From contig CAXXTB010000001.1 of NCBI GenBank assembly GCA_963676795.2, positions 160,001 through 224,000 of the forward strand: a DNA stretch of 64,000 bases, written 5' to 3'. The notes below the pieces were generated by a model. The model ran no database searches and was not told the DNA's origin. It saw only the letters and a program-made list of their open reading frames with translations. Below, piece by piece: positions 29,584 to 38,150 of the stretch. Each line of letters opens with the position of its first letter. Position 1 is the first letter of the stretch. Source of the DNA: Geopsychrobacteraceae bacterium. Lineage in GTDB: Bacteria; Desulfobacterota; Desulfuromonadia; Desulfuromonadales; Geopsychrobacteraceae. The translations under genes were made by a program, and so were the position numbers.

Positions 29584-30186
29584 ATGAAAACCAATTTCTG
29601 GAACGCCATAAAAACGAGAAGAACCTATTACGCCCTCAGCAAGGAGCAGGTCACCAGCGATGAAAAGATCGAAGAGATCGTCGCTGAAGCGGTCAAACAT
29701 GTCCCCTCATCCTTCAATTCCCAGAGCGCTCGCGCGGTTGTCCTGCTCGGCGAACAGCACGACAGACTGTGGGACTTAACCAAAGAGGAGCTGAAAAAGC
29801 TTGTTCCGGCAGACAGTTTTCAGACCACCGAGGAGAAGATTAACGGTGCCTTCCGCTGCGGCTACGGCACGATCCTTTATTTTGAGGATATGCAGGTTGT
29901 TGAAGGGCTGCAGCAGAAGTTCCCGCTCTACGCCGATAATTTCCCGGTCTGGTCCAACCAGTCGTCGGGTATGCTCCAGTTCGCCATCTGGTCGGCTCTT
30001 GAAATCGAAGGCTGGGGCGCTTCGCTGCAGCACTACAATCCGGTTATCGACGAGGCGGTCAAAGCCGCCTGGAACATTCCGGCCAGCTGGAAGCTGATCG
30101 CCCAGATGCCGTTTGGTAAACCAGCGGCAGAGCCTGGAGAGAAAGCCTTTCAGCCAGTTGAGGAACGGATGAAAGTGTTCAAATAA
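29584..30186 (+). CDS. Nitroreductase family protein (Frm2/Hbn1-like)
   Basis: RRTYYAL, PSSFNSQS, ASLQHYNP, AQMPFG. Confidence 0.9.
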   Translation: MKTNFWNAIKTRRTYYALSKEQVTSDEKIEEIVAEAVKHVPSSFNSQSARAVVLLGEQHDRLWDLTKEELKKLVPADSFQTTEEKINGAFRCGYGTILYFEDMQVVEGLQQKFPLYADNFPVWSNQSSGMLQFAIWSALEIEGWGASLQHYNPVIDEAVKAAWNIPASWKLIAQMPFGKPAAEPGEKAFQPVEERMKVFK

Positions 30187-30212
30187 CTGCGAACCGGCAA
30201 TTCAAGCAACTC

Positions 30213-30240
30213 AGCAGGCTGCACCTCCGTGCAGCCTGCT
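30213..30240. terminator. Hairpin between convergent nitroreductase and rubredoxin genes
   Basis: AGCAGGCTGCAC-CTCC-GTGCAGCCTGCT perfect stem; no clear T tract. Confidence 0.6.
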
Positions 30241-30249
30241 GCTTGACGA

Positions 30250-30408
30250 TCAAATCGCTTCAAAAAGCGGCTTGTCGACACCGCAGTACGGACAGACCCA
30301 GTCCTCGGGAAGATCCTCAAAAGCGGTTCCCGGAGCCGTGCCGTTGGTTTCATCGCCGACTTCAGGGTCGTAGACATATTTACAGATGGTACAACGATAT
30401 TTTTGCAT
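30250..30408 (-). CDS. Rubredoxin
   Basis: 52 aa [15 protein letters not shown]...[17 protein letters not shown] with two CxxC motifs. Confidence 0.95.
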   Translation of the reverse strand: MQKYRCTICKYVYDPEVGDETNGTAPGTAFEDLPEDWVCPYCGVDKPLFEAI

Positions 30409-30759
30409 GAGAAAACTCCATCCTCTAAAGGCAAATGACCGAACCGGGTAGAACTCTAACAAAAACAAAGTGGTGACGACAATAATGCTCACATTTCTTT
30501 TCGGTCGTCGCCAGGGTCAGAATATCCCCTTTGCAAGCCCATCCAAGGATTTTCTGTTCAATCCGACCAACCATCAGCATTGAGCAGACCTGCCCTCATA
30601 ATCGTGCACTCACAGACCGAAGTCCCCCCTGAGAGATTTTTCAAATATGAGTTATACTGAATAATCAAATCAGTCGATAAACAGCCTCGGCAGCCGACCA
30701 TGATGGCCGCGATTTGCCTATTTTATCAATCTTAAACAATACAAAATGGGGGAGATTGA

Positions 30760-31359
30760 ATGGATCAGGAGATACTCGACAGACTTGAACTGAGGACATT
30801 GATAGAAAAATGGGCGATTACCCGCGATGCTTCTTTATGGGATGAGTTCAGAACGGTCTGGCATGAAGATGGAGTTATGACAGCCACCTGGATCGAAACC
30901 CCCTTCGAAAACTTCATTGCCATCACCGACAAGGCCATCAAGGAAAAAGGGCTGAACATCATGCACCATGTCGGGGAAAGTTATATCAAGGTCAAGGGAA
31001 CCAGAGCCGTCACCCAGACCCGCTTCTCAATCCTGCAGAGGGCCATGGTTGAAGGAATCGAATGTGACGTCACCTGTTACGCCCGGCATTATGATTTCTG
31101 GGAGAAAAGAGATACCGGGTGGGGTCTTGTCTTGAGGAAGACCATTGCTGACAAGGACAGAATCGATCCTGTTGATTCACGCGATGTGGTTGAGCTGGAC
31201 AAAGACTATCTCAAACAGTTCCCGGAAGAATATAAGCACCTGGGCTACCTGCAATCGAAAATCGGTTATGACGTCGAAAGGAATGCTCCATGCCGCAGTG
31301 GCGGCGAAGCCCTGGAAAAACTCTACGCCGACGGAGACCGGTGGCTGCGGGGCGACTGA
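30760..31359 (+). CDS. SnoaL-like / NTF2-superfamily protein
   Basis: DRLELRTLIEKWAITRD...WHEDG...HH...YDFWEKR pattern; GGAG RBS. Confidence 0.75.
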   Translation: MDQEILDRLELRTLIEKWAITRDASLWDEFRTVWHEDGVMTATWIETPFENFIAITDKAIKEKGLNIMHHVGESYIKVKGTRAVTQTRFSILQRAMVEGIECDVTCYARHYDFWEKRDTGWGLVLRKTIADKDRIDPVDSRDVVELDKDYLKQFPEEYKHLGYLQSKIGYDVERNAPCRSGGEALEKLYADGDRWLRGD

Positions 31360-31390
31360 AAAGAAGACCTTCCATTTGTTTTGCTGAAAC

Positions 31391-31423
31391 GCCTCTGATC
31401 TGAACCGGCATCAGATCAGAGGC
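31391..31423. terminator. Hairpin downstream of SnoaL-like gene
   Basis: GCCTCTGATCTGA-ACCGGCA-TCAGATCAGAGGC. Confidence 0.6.
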
Positions 31424-31446
31424 GCAAGTTTCCACGTGTGGCAATA

Positions 31447-31629
31447 TTACACCCCCAGCTTTCCAAGCAGCTCCGAGAATGACGCGTCAACCGATTTGCC
31501 AGCGGTATCGATCTTCACTACCTCGTTTTCCCATGGTTTATAATGCCTGTTCTGAACCTGTGTCCAGTCGGGGAGTACCAGATTGACTATCGGATAATCC
31601 CGGGTGTTGACCCTAAACTCATGCTCTCG
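31447..31629 (-). pseudogene. 3' remnant of an AAA_33-type / nucleotide-kinase-like gene
   Basis: Minus-strand frame reads REHEFRVNTRDYPIVNLVLPDWTQVQNRHYKPWENEVVKIDTAGKSVDASFSELLGKLGV*; no P-loop N-terminus upstream. Confidence 0.6.
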
Positions 31630-31739
31630 GGTCTCTGGTCGATCCCGCTCAAATGTGCCGTCTTGAGATGATTCAGCAGAATGAAAATGTGCGCCCCACC
31701 AACAGCTGAAAATATCCTGCCGGCGCAGGATTTCAGCGC

Positions 31740-31917
31740 CCTGAAATCTGTTTCCACAGAGTTATCCACAGGGCTTTTTCAGAGCTGTCAATTTTTCAAC
31801 ACAAGCAACATAGGTGCCATAACACATCAATTTAAATAGCTTTTATTTTTCTAATCAGATTCACCTCGAAACCGATCTGGTCATATATAGGAAGTCAGAG
31901 CCTGAAGATATCCACAT
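31740..31917 (+). promoter_or_regulatory. DnaA-box cluster 2 (datA-like architecture)
   Basis: GTTTCCACA 31750-31758, TTATCCACA 31762-31770, IHF-like word 31820-31832, ATATCCACA 31908-31916; boxes co-oriented. Confidence 0.7.
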
Positions 31918-32025
31918 TTTTTGTTCTGACCTATCGTCGAAAATTGACCGCATGGCTTGGCTGCCAGAACGGTTCCGGTCTATACTTCTGAGACTCTCAG
32001 AGCCAACTGCTATATGGAGGCAAAC

Positions 32026-32592
32026 ATGCCCAAATTTGACCGGATCATGACCCGGGGCGGTGACAAGGGAACGACCAGCCTGGTTGACGGCAGCCGGGTC
32101 AGCAAAGCCTGCCAGCGGGTCACCACCTATGGCACCGTTGACGAACTGAATTCAGTTTTCGGCCTGGTGCGCTGTGAACAACTGCCGAAAGGGATAAATG
32201 ACAAACTCCTCCAGCTGCAGAATGAGCTGTTTAACTTAGGCGGCGAACTGGCGACTCCGGCAAGCAGCGAATTTGCCGAACGCCTGCCTAAAATCACCCA
32301 GCAGCAGATCGACCAGCTGGAAGGCTGGCTGGAAGAGGCGCGCGACCAGCTGACCCCGATGGAAAATTTTGTCCTGCCGGGAGGCAGCCGGGCGGCGGCG
32401 ACCCTCCATCTGGCCCGAACCGTGACACGCCGCTGCGAACGGGAGCTGGTCGCCCTGATGGCAGAGGAGGAGATCAACCCTCTGGCCCTGCGCTTTGTCA
32501 ACCGGCTCTCCGATCTCTGCTTTGTCTGGGCACGGCTGAGCAACGACTGCGGGCGGGGTGATATTTTCTGGTGCCCTGCGGGAAAAAACTGA
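32026..32592 (+). CDS. ATP:cob(I)alamin adenosyltransferase, PduO type
   Basis: TRGGDKGTT, YGTVDELNS, FVLPGG, ARTVTRRCER, NRLSD; ATG 32026 behind GGAGG. Confidence 0.92.
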   Translation: MPKFDRIMTRGGDKGTTSLVDGSRVSKACQRVTTYGTVDELNSVFGLVRCEQLPKGINDKLLQLQNELFNLGGELATPASSEFAERLPKITQQQIDQLEGWLEEARDQLTPMENFVLPGGSRAAATLHLARTVTRRCERELVALMAEEEINPLALRFVNRLSDLCFVWARLSNDCGRGDIFWCPAGKN

Positions 32593-32636
32593 TCGGCGCC
32601 ATCTCCTTTTTCGATTCGAAATCCTGATGTTTATAA

Positions 32637-32693
32637 CACCCCCCTCAATCCCCCCTATTTTATAGGGGGGAAGCAAGCTTGCGAGCAGGGGGG
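32637..32693 (+). repeat. REP-like palindromic intergenic repeat, copy 5
   Basis: CACCCCCCTCAATCCCCCCTATTTTATAGGGGGGAAGCAAGCTTGCGAGCAGGGGGG. Confidence 0.85.
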
Positions 32694-32753
32694 TTAACCT
32701 TGCCAAAACCCCGAACTGCTGATAATTTACCGTTTTTCTCGGGAGACCCGTAA

Positions 32754-33269
32754 ATGACTGATCAAAAACCGCCAGAAGAACCGTTGATCCCACGCCTGCT
32801 TGCCAGCAACGCCCTGCGCGCCAACCTGACCAAGCACATGGATCTCAACAAGATGGCCGACTCCAAGGCGTCGATGATCATGACCGCCTCGTCGCTGGTG
32901 ATCACCATCACCCTGACCCAGTATGAGAAGCTCGACCTGCTGACCGTCATTCTGCTGGCCGGATCGGGCATGCTCGCCGTGCTCTTTTCGATCCTGGCGA
33001 TCATTCCGCCGCTGCAAGTCAGCGGCCAGACCAACCTGTTCTACTTCCGATCCTTCAGCGAGTTAAGCGAAGAGGAGTTCAAGACGCAGTTCAAAGAAAC
33101 GATCATCGACAAAGAGAGGCTCTACGACGCCTACATGCACGAGATCTACTACCTCGGCCGTCATCGCCTGACACGCAAATATTTCTACGTGCGTAACGGC
33201 CTCTGGGCCCTGTTGCTCGGACTGCTGCTGGCCACCCTCTGCGCCCTTGTGACCCGGATCCTGTTGTGA
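32754..33269 (+). CDS. Pycsar effector-like (PycTM/DUF5706) membrane protein
   Basis: ADSKAS motif, two TM helices, NLFYFRSF loop, IYYLG..L.RKY, C-terminal TM helix; family assigned from recalled motifs. Confidence 0.75.
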   Translation: MTDQKPPEEPLIPRLLASNALRANLTKHMDLNKMADSKASMIMTASSLVITITLTQYEKLDLLTVILLAGSGMLAVLFSILAIIPPLQVSGQTNLFYFRSFSELSEEEFKTQFKETIIDKERLYDAYMHEIYYLGRHRLTRKYFYVRNGLWALLLGLLLATLCALVTRILL

Positions 33270-33979
33270 ATCTGGTGCTGCTCAATCATCAGGATTTCAT
33301 CTCTGACACACGGGTCATTGTCACCGGCCGCCAGGCAGACCACATCCGCAGCATCCACCAGGCCAAACAGGGGGATAACCTGCGGGTCGGTCTGCTCAAC
33401 AACCTGATGGGCAGCGGCGAGATCCTGAGCCTGAGCGATTCCCGGGTTGAACTGGAGGTCAAACTCAACCAGTTGCCGCCCGCTCCCCTCGACCTGACGC
33501 TGATCCTCGCTCTGCCACGGCCGAAGATGCTCAAACGGGTTCTCCAGGCAATCACCTCGATGGGGGTCAAGCGCCTCTACCTGATCAACAGCTACCGGGT
33601 TGAAAAGAGCTTCTGGAGCAGCCCGCTGCTTCAGCCGGAAGCGCTGACCAAACAGCTGATCCTGGGTCTTGAGCAGGGGCGTGATACCATGCTGCCAGAA
33701 ATCCGGCTAAGGCCGCGCTTCAAGCCGTTTGTCGAAGATGAACTGCCGCAGATCATCAGCGATACCAGCGCCTTTGTCGCTCATCCGCTGGCCGACAGCC
33801 CTTGTCCGCTCAATTTCACTCACGCGGCAACCCTGGCAATCGGCCCGGAAGGCGGATTTATCCCTTACGAAGTTGAAAAACTGATCGAATGCGGTTTCCA
33901 GAGCATTGCCCTGGGGGAACGGATTCTTCGCGTCGAAACGGCCGTCCCGGTTCTGCTCTCGCGGTTCAGCTCCTACTGA
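33266..33979 (+). CDS. rsmE: 16S rRNA m3U1498 methyltransferase
   Basis: LALPRPK, GLEQG, IGPEGGF, LGERILRVETA. Confidence 0.92.
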   Translation: MNLVLLNHQDFISDTRVIVTGRQADHIRSIHQAKQGDNLRVGLLNNLMGSGEILSLSDSRVELEVKLNQLPPAPLDLTLILALPRPKMLKRVLQAITSMGVKRLYLINSYRVEKSFWSSPLLQPEALTKQLILGLEQGRDTMLPEIRLRPRFKPFVEDELPQIISDTSAFVAHPLADSPCPLNFTHAATLAIGPEGGFIPYEVEKLIECGFQSIALGERILRVETAVPVLLSRFSSY

Positions 33980-34020
33980 GCAGAGCCTCTTCCTTGTTTC
34001 ACTCCTGAACAGGATCTGTT

Positions 34021-34554
34021 GTGCCACAAGCCAGAACCCACGATATCCTCACCACCGTAACCGCCATCGCTCTGGTACCAGCAACCTATCTACTGCTGAA
34101 AAACGCTGACCACTCGCTCTCAACGGCTCGCGTTGGCGCACTGTTGCTGCCGCTGGCCCACCTGATTTCCGGGGTCTTCTTCTCTCCGGATCTCGATATC
34201 GATTCGGCCATCGACAACCGCTGGGGCCCTCTGGCCTGGATCTGGCGCCCCTACATGTGGGCCGTTCCCCATCGCAGCCGCTGGCTCAGCCACGGACTGC
34301 TGATTCCGCCGCTACTGCGACTTCTCTACCTGATTCTTATGCTCGGCCTGCTGTTCATGGCCCTCGGTTTTATCCTGGGTCAGTTCCATCTCGCTCTTCC
34401 GGCATACGACAGGCAGACCTTTCATACGCTGCTGGCCCTAGCCCAAAGATACCCCCTGCAGATCGGTCTGATCCTCGCCGGCTTTATCACCGGCGGAGCG
34501 GTCCACAGCCTGGCCGACTGGATCGTCTCAGGGGCCAAAGCTGCCCTGCGTTAA
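34021..34554 (+). CDS. DUF2227 family putative metal-binding membrane protein
   Basis: ARTHD, SPDLD, RWGPL.WIW.PY, HRS.LSHG, H..AD. Confidence 0.85.
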   Translation: MPQARTHDILTTVTAIALVPATYLLLKNADHSLSTARVGALLLPLAHLISGVFFSPDLDIDSAIDNRWGPLAWIWRPYMWAVPHRSRWLSHGLLIPPLLRLLYLILMLGLLFMALGFILGQFHLALPAYDRQTFHTLLALAQRYPLQIGLILAGFITGGAVHSLADWIVSGAKAALR

Positions 34555-34692
34555 AGGCGAACATTTTGGACACAACCGCTTGAAATGCTCTTTCCCTGCG
34601 CCCAAAGAACAAAGATATGACTGCATTTTATTCACCTATCTGCTAAGCTGTGAAGTTCAGGTGCTTTTTTAAAACGATGGAAAAGGACAGGC

Positions 34693-35697
34693 ATGACCCT
34701 ACAGGACTGGGGCTGGGATGATTTCTTCGCCAGCCAGAAAGAGATCTGGTCTAACCCCAGATATATTCCCGCCAAGGTAATCCGTGGCGAAAAGAACTAT
34801 TTCCGGGTCTGGACAGAGCGCGGCGAAATGACCGTGCGCTTTGCCGGCAAGATCCGCCACAAGGCCGACGGGCGGGCTGACTTTCCGGTGGTCGGCGACT
34901 GGGTTGCGGTCAGCTTTCAGGGGGATCGCGGTCTGATCCACGCCATCTGTCAGCGCAAAAGCTCCTTCTCACGCAACCAGCCGGGGCGGCGTAAGGCCAA
35001 AGGCGGTTTTGAGCGTTCCAAACAGCAGGTCATCGCCGCCAATGTCGACCTGGTCTGCATCGTCAGCGGTCTCGACCAGGACTACAACCTGCGGCGCATC
35101 GAGCGCTACCTGACCCTGGTCGGAAACAGTGGCGCAAAGGCGCTGATCCTGCTCAACAAGGCTGACCTGTGTGACGATGCCGAGGACTGCCTTGAAGAGG
35201 TCAAAACCATTGCTGGCCAAACTCCGATCCATCTATGTACAGCCCGCAACAGCGAAGAAATCCATTTTCTCTTTGATTACCTGCAACCCGGCCAGACCCT
35301 TGCATTTCTAGGCTCTTCAGGAGTCGGCAAATCGACGTTGGTCAACGCCCTGCTTGGTGAGCAAATCCAGAAGATCGGAGCCGTCAGCGAAGCCGATGGC
35401 AAAGGGCGACACACCACCACCCACCGGGAACTGTTCCTGCTCGATCAGGGCGGGATTCTGATGGATAATCCGGGAATGCGTGAACTCCACCTGTGGGGGG
35501 AAGAGGAAGACCTGAACGAGTCGTTCACCGATATAGAAAAGTTGGCTCAGGGCTGTAAATTCAGCGACTGCCAACATCTGTCGGAACCACAATGTGCTGT
35601 TAAACAAGCCGTTGAAGACGGTCAACTCGATGATGAACGGTTATTCAACTACCACAAGCTGAAAGAAGAGCTGAACAATCTGGAACCTTACAAATAA
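34693..35697 (+). CDS. rsgA: Ribosome small subunit-dependent GTPase A
   Basis: VGDWV, AANVD, NKAD, GSSGVGKST, GRHTTT, DNPG, zinc motif CKFSDCQHLSEPQC. Confidence 0.93.
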   Translation: MTLQDWGWDDFFASQKEIWSNPRYIPAKVIRGEKNYFRVWTERGEMTVRFAGKIRHKADGRADFPVVGDWVAVSFQGDRGLIHAICQRKSSFSRNQPGRRKAKGGFERSKQQVIAANVDLVCIVSGLDQDYNLRRIERYLTLVGNSGAKALILLNKADLCDDAEDCLEEVKTIAGQTPIHLCTARNSEEIHFLFDYLQPGQTLAFLGSSGVGKSTLVNALLGEQIQKIGAVSEADGKGRHTTTHRELFLLDQGGILMDNPGMRELHLWGEEEDLNESFTDIEKLAQGCKFSDCQHLSEPQCAVKQAVEDGQLDDERLFNYHKLKEELNNLEPYK

Positions 35698-35786
35698 GTT
35701 ATATATTTCAGATTGCTCATTGTAATCTGACGTTTGTCTCCGATATTATTGACCTTTATCCTGTTGCTTTGTGGGGGAGGCGAACT

Positions 35787-38009
35787 TTGCGCATTCTGAG
35801 CATCATGATATGCCTGATCCTGTTGCCGCTATTTGACCTTCATGCGGCCGTGCGCATTGCCATCGACAACAACCCTCCTGTCGAATCGATCGATGACTCG
35901 GGGCAAGCCGTCGGCTTTTTCCCGGAACTTTTCAACCAGCTCGCCAAAGAAAACAACTGGGAGATCGAATACGTTCCCTGCAGCTGGGCACAGTGCATGG
36001 AGTTGCTCAACGACCATCAGGTCGATGTTCTGCCTGCCATTGCCTATACCAAAGAGCGCGCTAACTTCTACAATTTTTCAGCTGAACCCGTTTTCAGCAC
36101 CTGGGGACAGCTGTTCCATCACAAAGACACGGCAATCGATTCAATACTCGATCTGCAAGACAAAACAGTGGCCGTCCTTGATGGTGATATTTTTTTCACC
36201 GGAGATCAGGGGTTACGCCAGCTCGTTGGAAATTTCGGGATTTCCGTCACATTTTTGCCGGTTGACAGCTATGCAGAAACACTTAAGGCTGTTGCCGCCA
36301 ACAAGGCAGACGCCGCATTGGTTGGGCAATTTTTTGGCCTGAAATACGCTGCCGACTATAATTCTGTTCCTTCTTCGGTGCTGGTCAATCCGATACAGGT
36401 CCGCCCCGCGTTTTCAACCAGGAGCGACCCGCAACTTCTCAATACATTCAACCTTTCGATGAGAAAGTGGATGGATTCACCCGATTCCGTCTATTTTCGT
36501 CTTCACCATCAGTGGCTGCACAGCGACCCCCTGCCTGTAACGCCGCTGTGGCTGAAATCCCTGATGTATTCTCTGCTGGCTGTCCTGATTCTGTCATTCT
36601 TGACGATTATCTACAGCCGCAGACAGGTCAGGCTCAAAACCAGGGAGCTGGCCGAAAAAAATCTGCGCCTTGAAGATGAGTTACTTGAACGCCAGAGCAT
36701 CGAGCAGGAGCTCTCCGAACGCCAACAGCAATACCAGGTTTTCTTCGAAGATTCCCTGACCATCGTTCTGTTGACCGATCCGGAAACAGGCCAGATTTTC
36801 GACGCCAATCCAGCCGCCTGCAACTTCTACAAATATTCGCGGAAAGACATAAAAAAACTTAAAATCTGGGACATCAACCAGGCCGACACAGAGCAGATCC
36901 GAACTCACATGGGAGATGTCAAAAACTCGAGGAGTTTTCACTTCGAGTTCATCCATAAACTCGCGGACGGGCAACTGCGCCCGGTGGAAGTTTTCTGCTC
37001 TGCCATTAAGATCAAAGGAAAACCGGTTCTCTGCTCAATCATTCACGACATCAGTGACCGGAAAAAGGCCGAGGAACAGATCCGGGAAAAAAATGTTTTT
37101 CTTCAGGCCGTTATCGACGGTGTCTCCGACCCGCTCAAGGTCATCGACCTCAATCACCGTGTCCTGCAGATGAACAATGCTGCCCGACAACAGATTGATC
37201 CGTCCTGCGCTGAAGAAGATGAGCATTGCCAGAAGCTTTTTCACGCCTCCCAAATCCCCTGTGATGAAGATACGTTCTGCCCTCTGGCCGAAGTGAAGGA
37301 AACCCTCAAACCTGTCGTCAAGGTCCACCAACGGGATGTCGATAACACCAAGCGCTACTTTGAGCTGATCGCCTCTCCCCTGTTTGACGCACAGGGACAG
37401 CTTTACGCCATCGTTGAAGTGGCCCGCGACATCACCGAACGCCTGCAGATCGAGGAGCTCTTGAGCGAGAATGAAAAACGCCTGCACCATCTGGCCCATC
37501 ACGATGCCCTGACCAACCTGCCGAACCGCCTGCTCTTCGAAGACCGGCTCAGACACGCCATCAGCAAGGCCCGCCGTAGTCACCGGCAGATCGCCCTGTT
37601 CTTCCTCGACCTCGACTATTTTAAAGAGGTCAATGACAACCTGGGGCATGACGCCGGCGACCAGCTGCTGAAAAACATAGCCAAACGGCTGCGCAACAGT
37701 GTTCGGGAAGCCGATACCGTGGCGCGTATGGGTGGAGATGAATTCCTGATTCTGCTTGAGGAGATCGACTCGATCGAACTGATCGAAGCAACCGCAGAGC
37801 GGATCAGCTCGGCCTTGAACCATCAGCTCTGCAAGGAAGATTTCTGCCAGGAGATCAGCGCCAGCATCGGAATCGCCATCTTTCCGGAAGACGCCACAAC
37901 CGCTAAAGATCTGATGAAAGCCGCGGACGAAGCGATGTACCGGGCCAAAAAATCAGGTAAGGCCCACTTCCAGTTCTACTCAGCCCCACAGGGGCGTTTT
38001 GTCTTCTGA
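35787..38009 (+). CDS. Diguanylate cyclase with periplasmic solute-binding and PAS domains
   Basis: Signal peptide, SBP family-3-like domain, TM helix, two PAS, HDALTNLPNR, DLDYFK.VND.LGH, RxxD (READ) I-site, GGDEF; TTG 35787 follows GGGGAGG (alternative start 35769). Confidence 0.9.
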   Translation: MRILSIMICLILLPLFDLHAAVRIAIDNNPPVESIDDSGQAVGFFPELFNQLAKENNWEIEYVPCSWAQCMELLNDHQVDVLPAIAYTKERANFYNFSAEPVFSTWGQLFHHKDTAIDSILDLQDKTVAVLDGDIFFTGDQGLRQLVGNFGISVTFLPVDSYAETLKAVAANKADAALVGQFFGLKYAADYNSVPSSVLVNPIQVRPAFSTRSDPQLLNTFNLSMRKWMDSPDSVYFRLHHQWLHSDPLPVTPLWLKSLMYSLLAVLILSFLTIIYSRRQVRLKTRELAEKNLRLEDELLERQSIEQELSERQQQYQVFFEDSLTIVLLTDPETGQIFDANPAACNFYKYSRKDIKKLKIWDINQADTEQIRTHMGDVKNSRSFHFEFIHKLADGQLRPVEVFCSAIKIKGKPVLCSIIHDISDRKKAEEQIREKNVFLQAVIDGVSDPLKVIDLNHRVLQMNNAARQQIDPSCAEEDEHCQKLFHASQIPCDEDTFCPLAEVKETLKPVVKVHQRDVDNTKRYFELIASPLFDAQGQLYAIVEVARDITERLQIEELLSENEKRLHHLAHHDALTNLPNRLLFEDRLRHAISKARRSHRQIALFFLDLDYFKEVNDNLGHDAGDQLLKNIAKRLRNSVREADTVARMGGDEFLILLEEIDSIELIEATAERISSALNHQLCKEDFCQEISASIGIAIFPEDATTAKDLMKAADEAMYRAKKSGKAHFQFYSAPQGRFVF

Positions 38010-38150
38010 ACGACTCTGACTCAAAAAAAGTGAAAAGATCAGGCTTTATGATCTATAGCTGGTATTATATTTATTAACCAGACTGAATAATCCATGTGGT
38101 CATAACTTTTCACAACTGTCAATCCGGATACATTGTCAGGGCGTCATTAA

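Noticed and set aside
27477..31917. DnaA-box clusters as oriC or DARS
   Set aside because: Only three boxes per locus, no dnaA, dnaN or gidA nearby, and all boxes are co-oriented, unlike DARS cores; kept as datA-like instead
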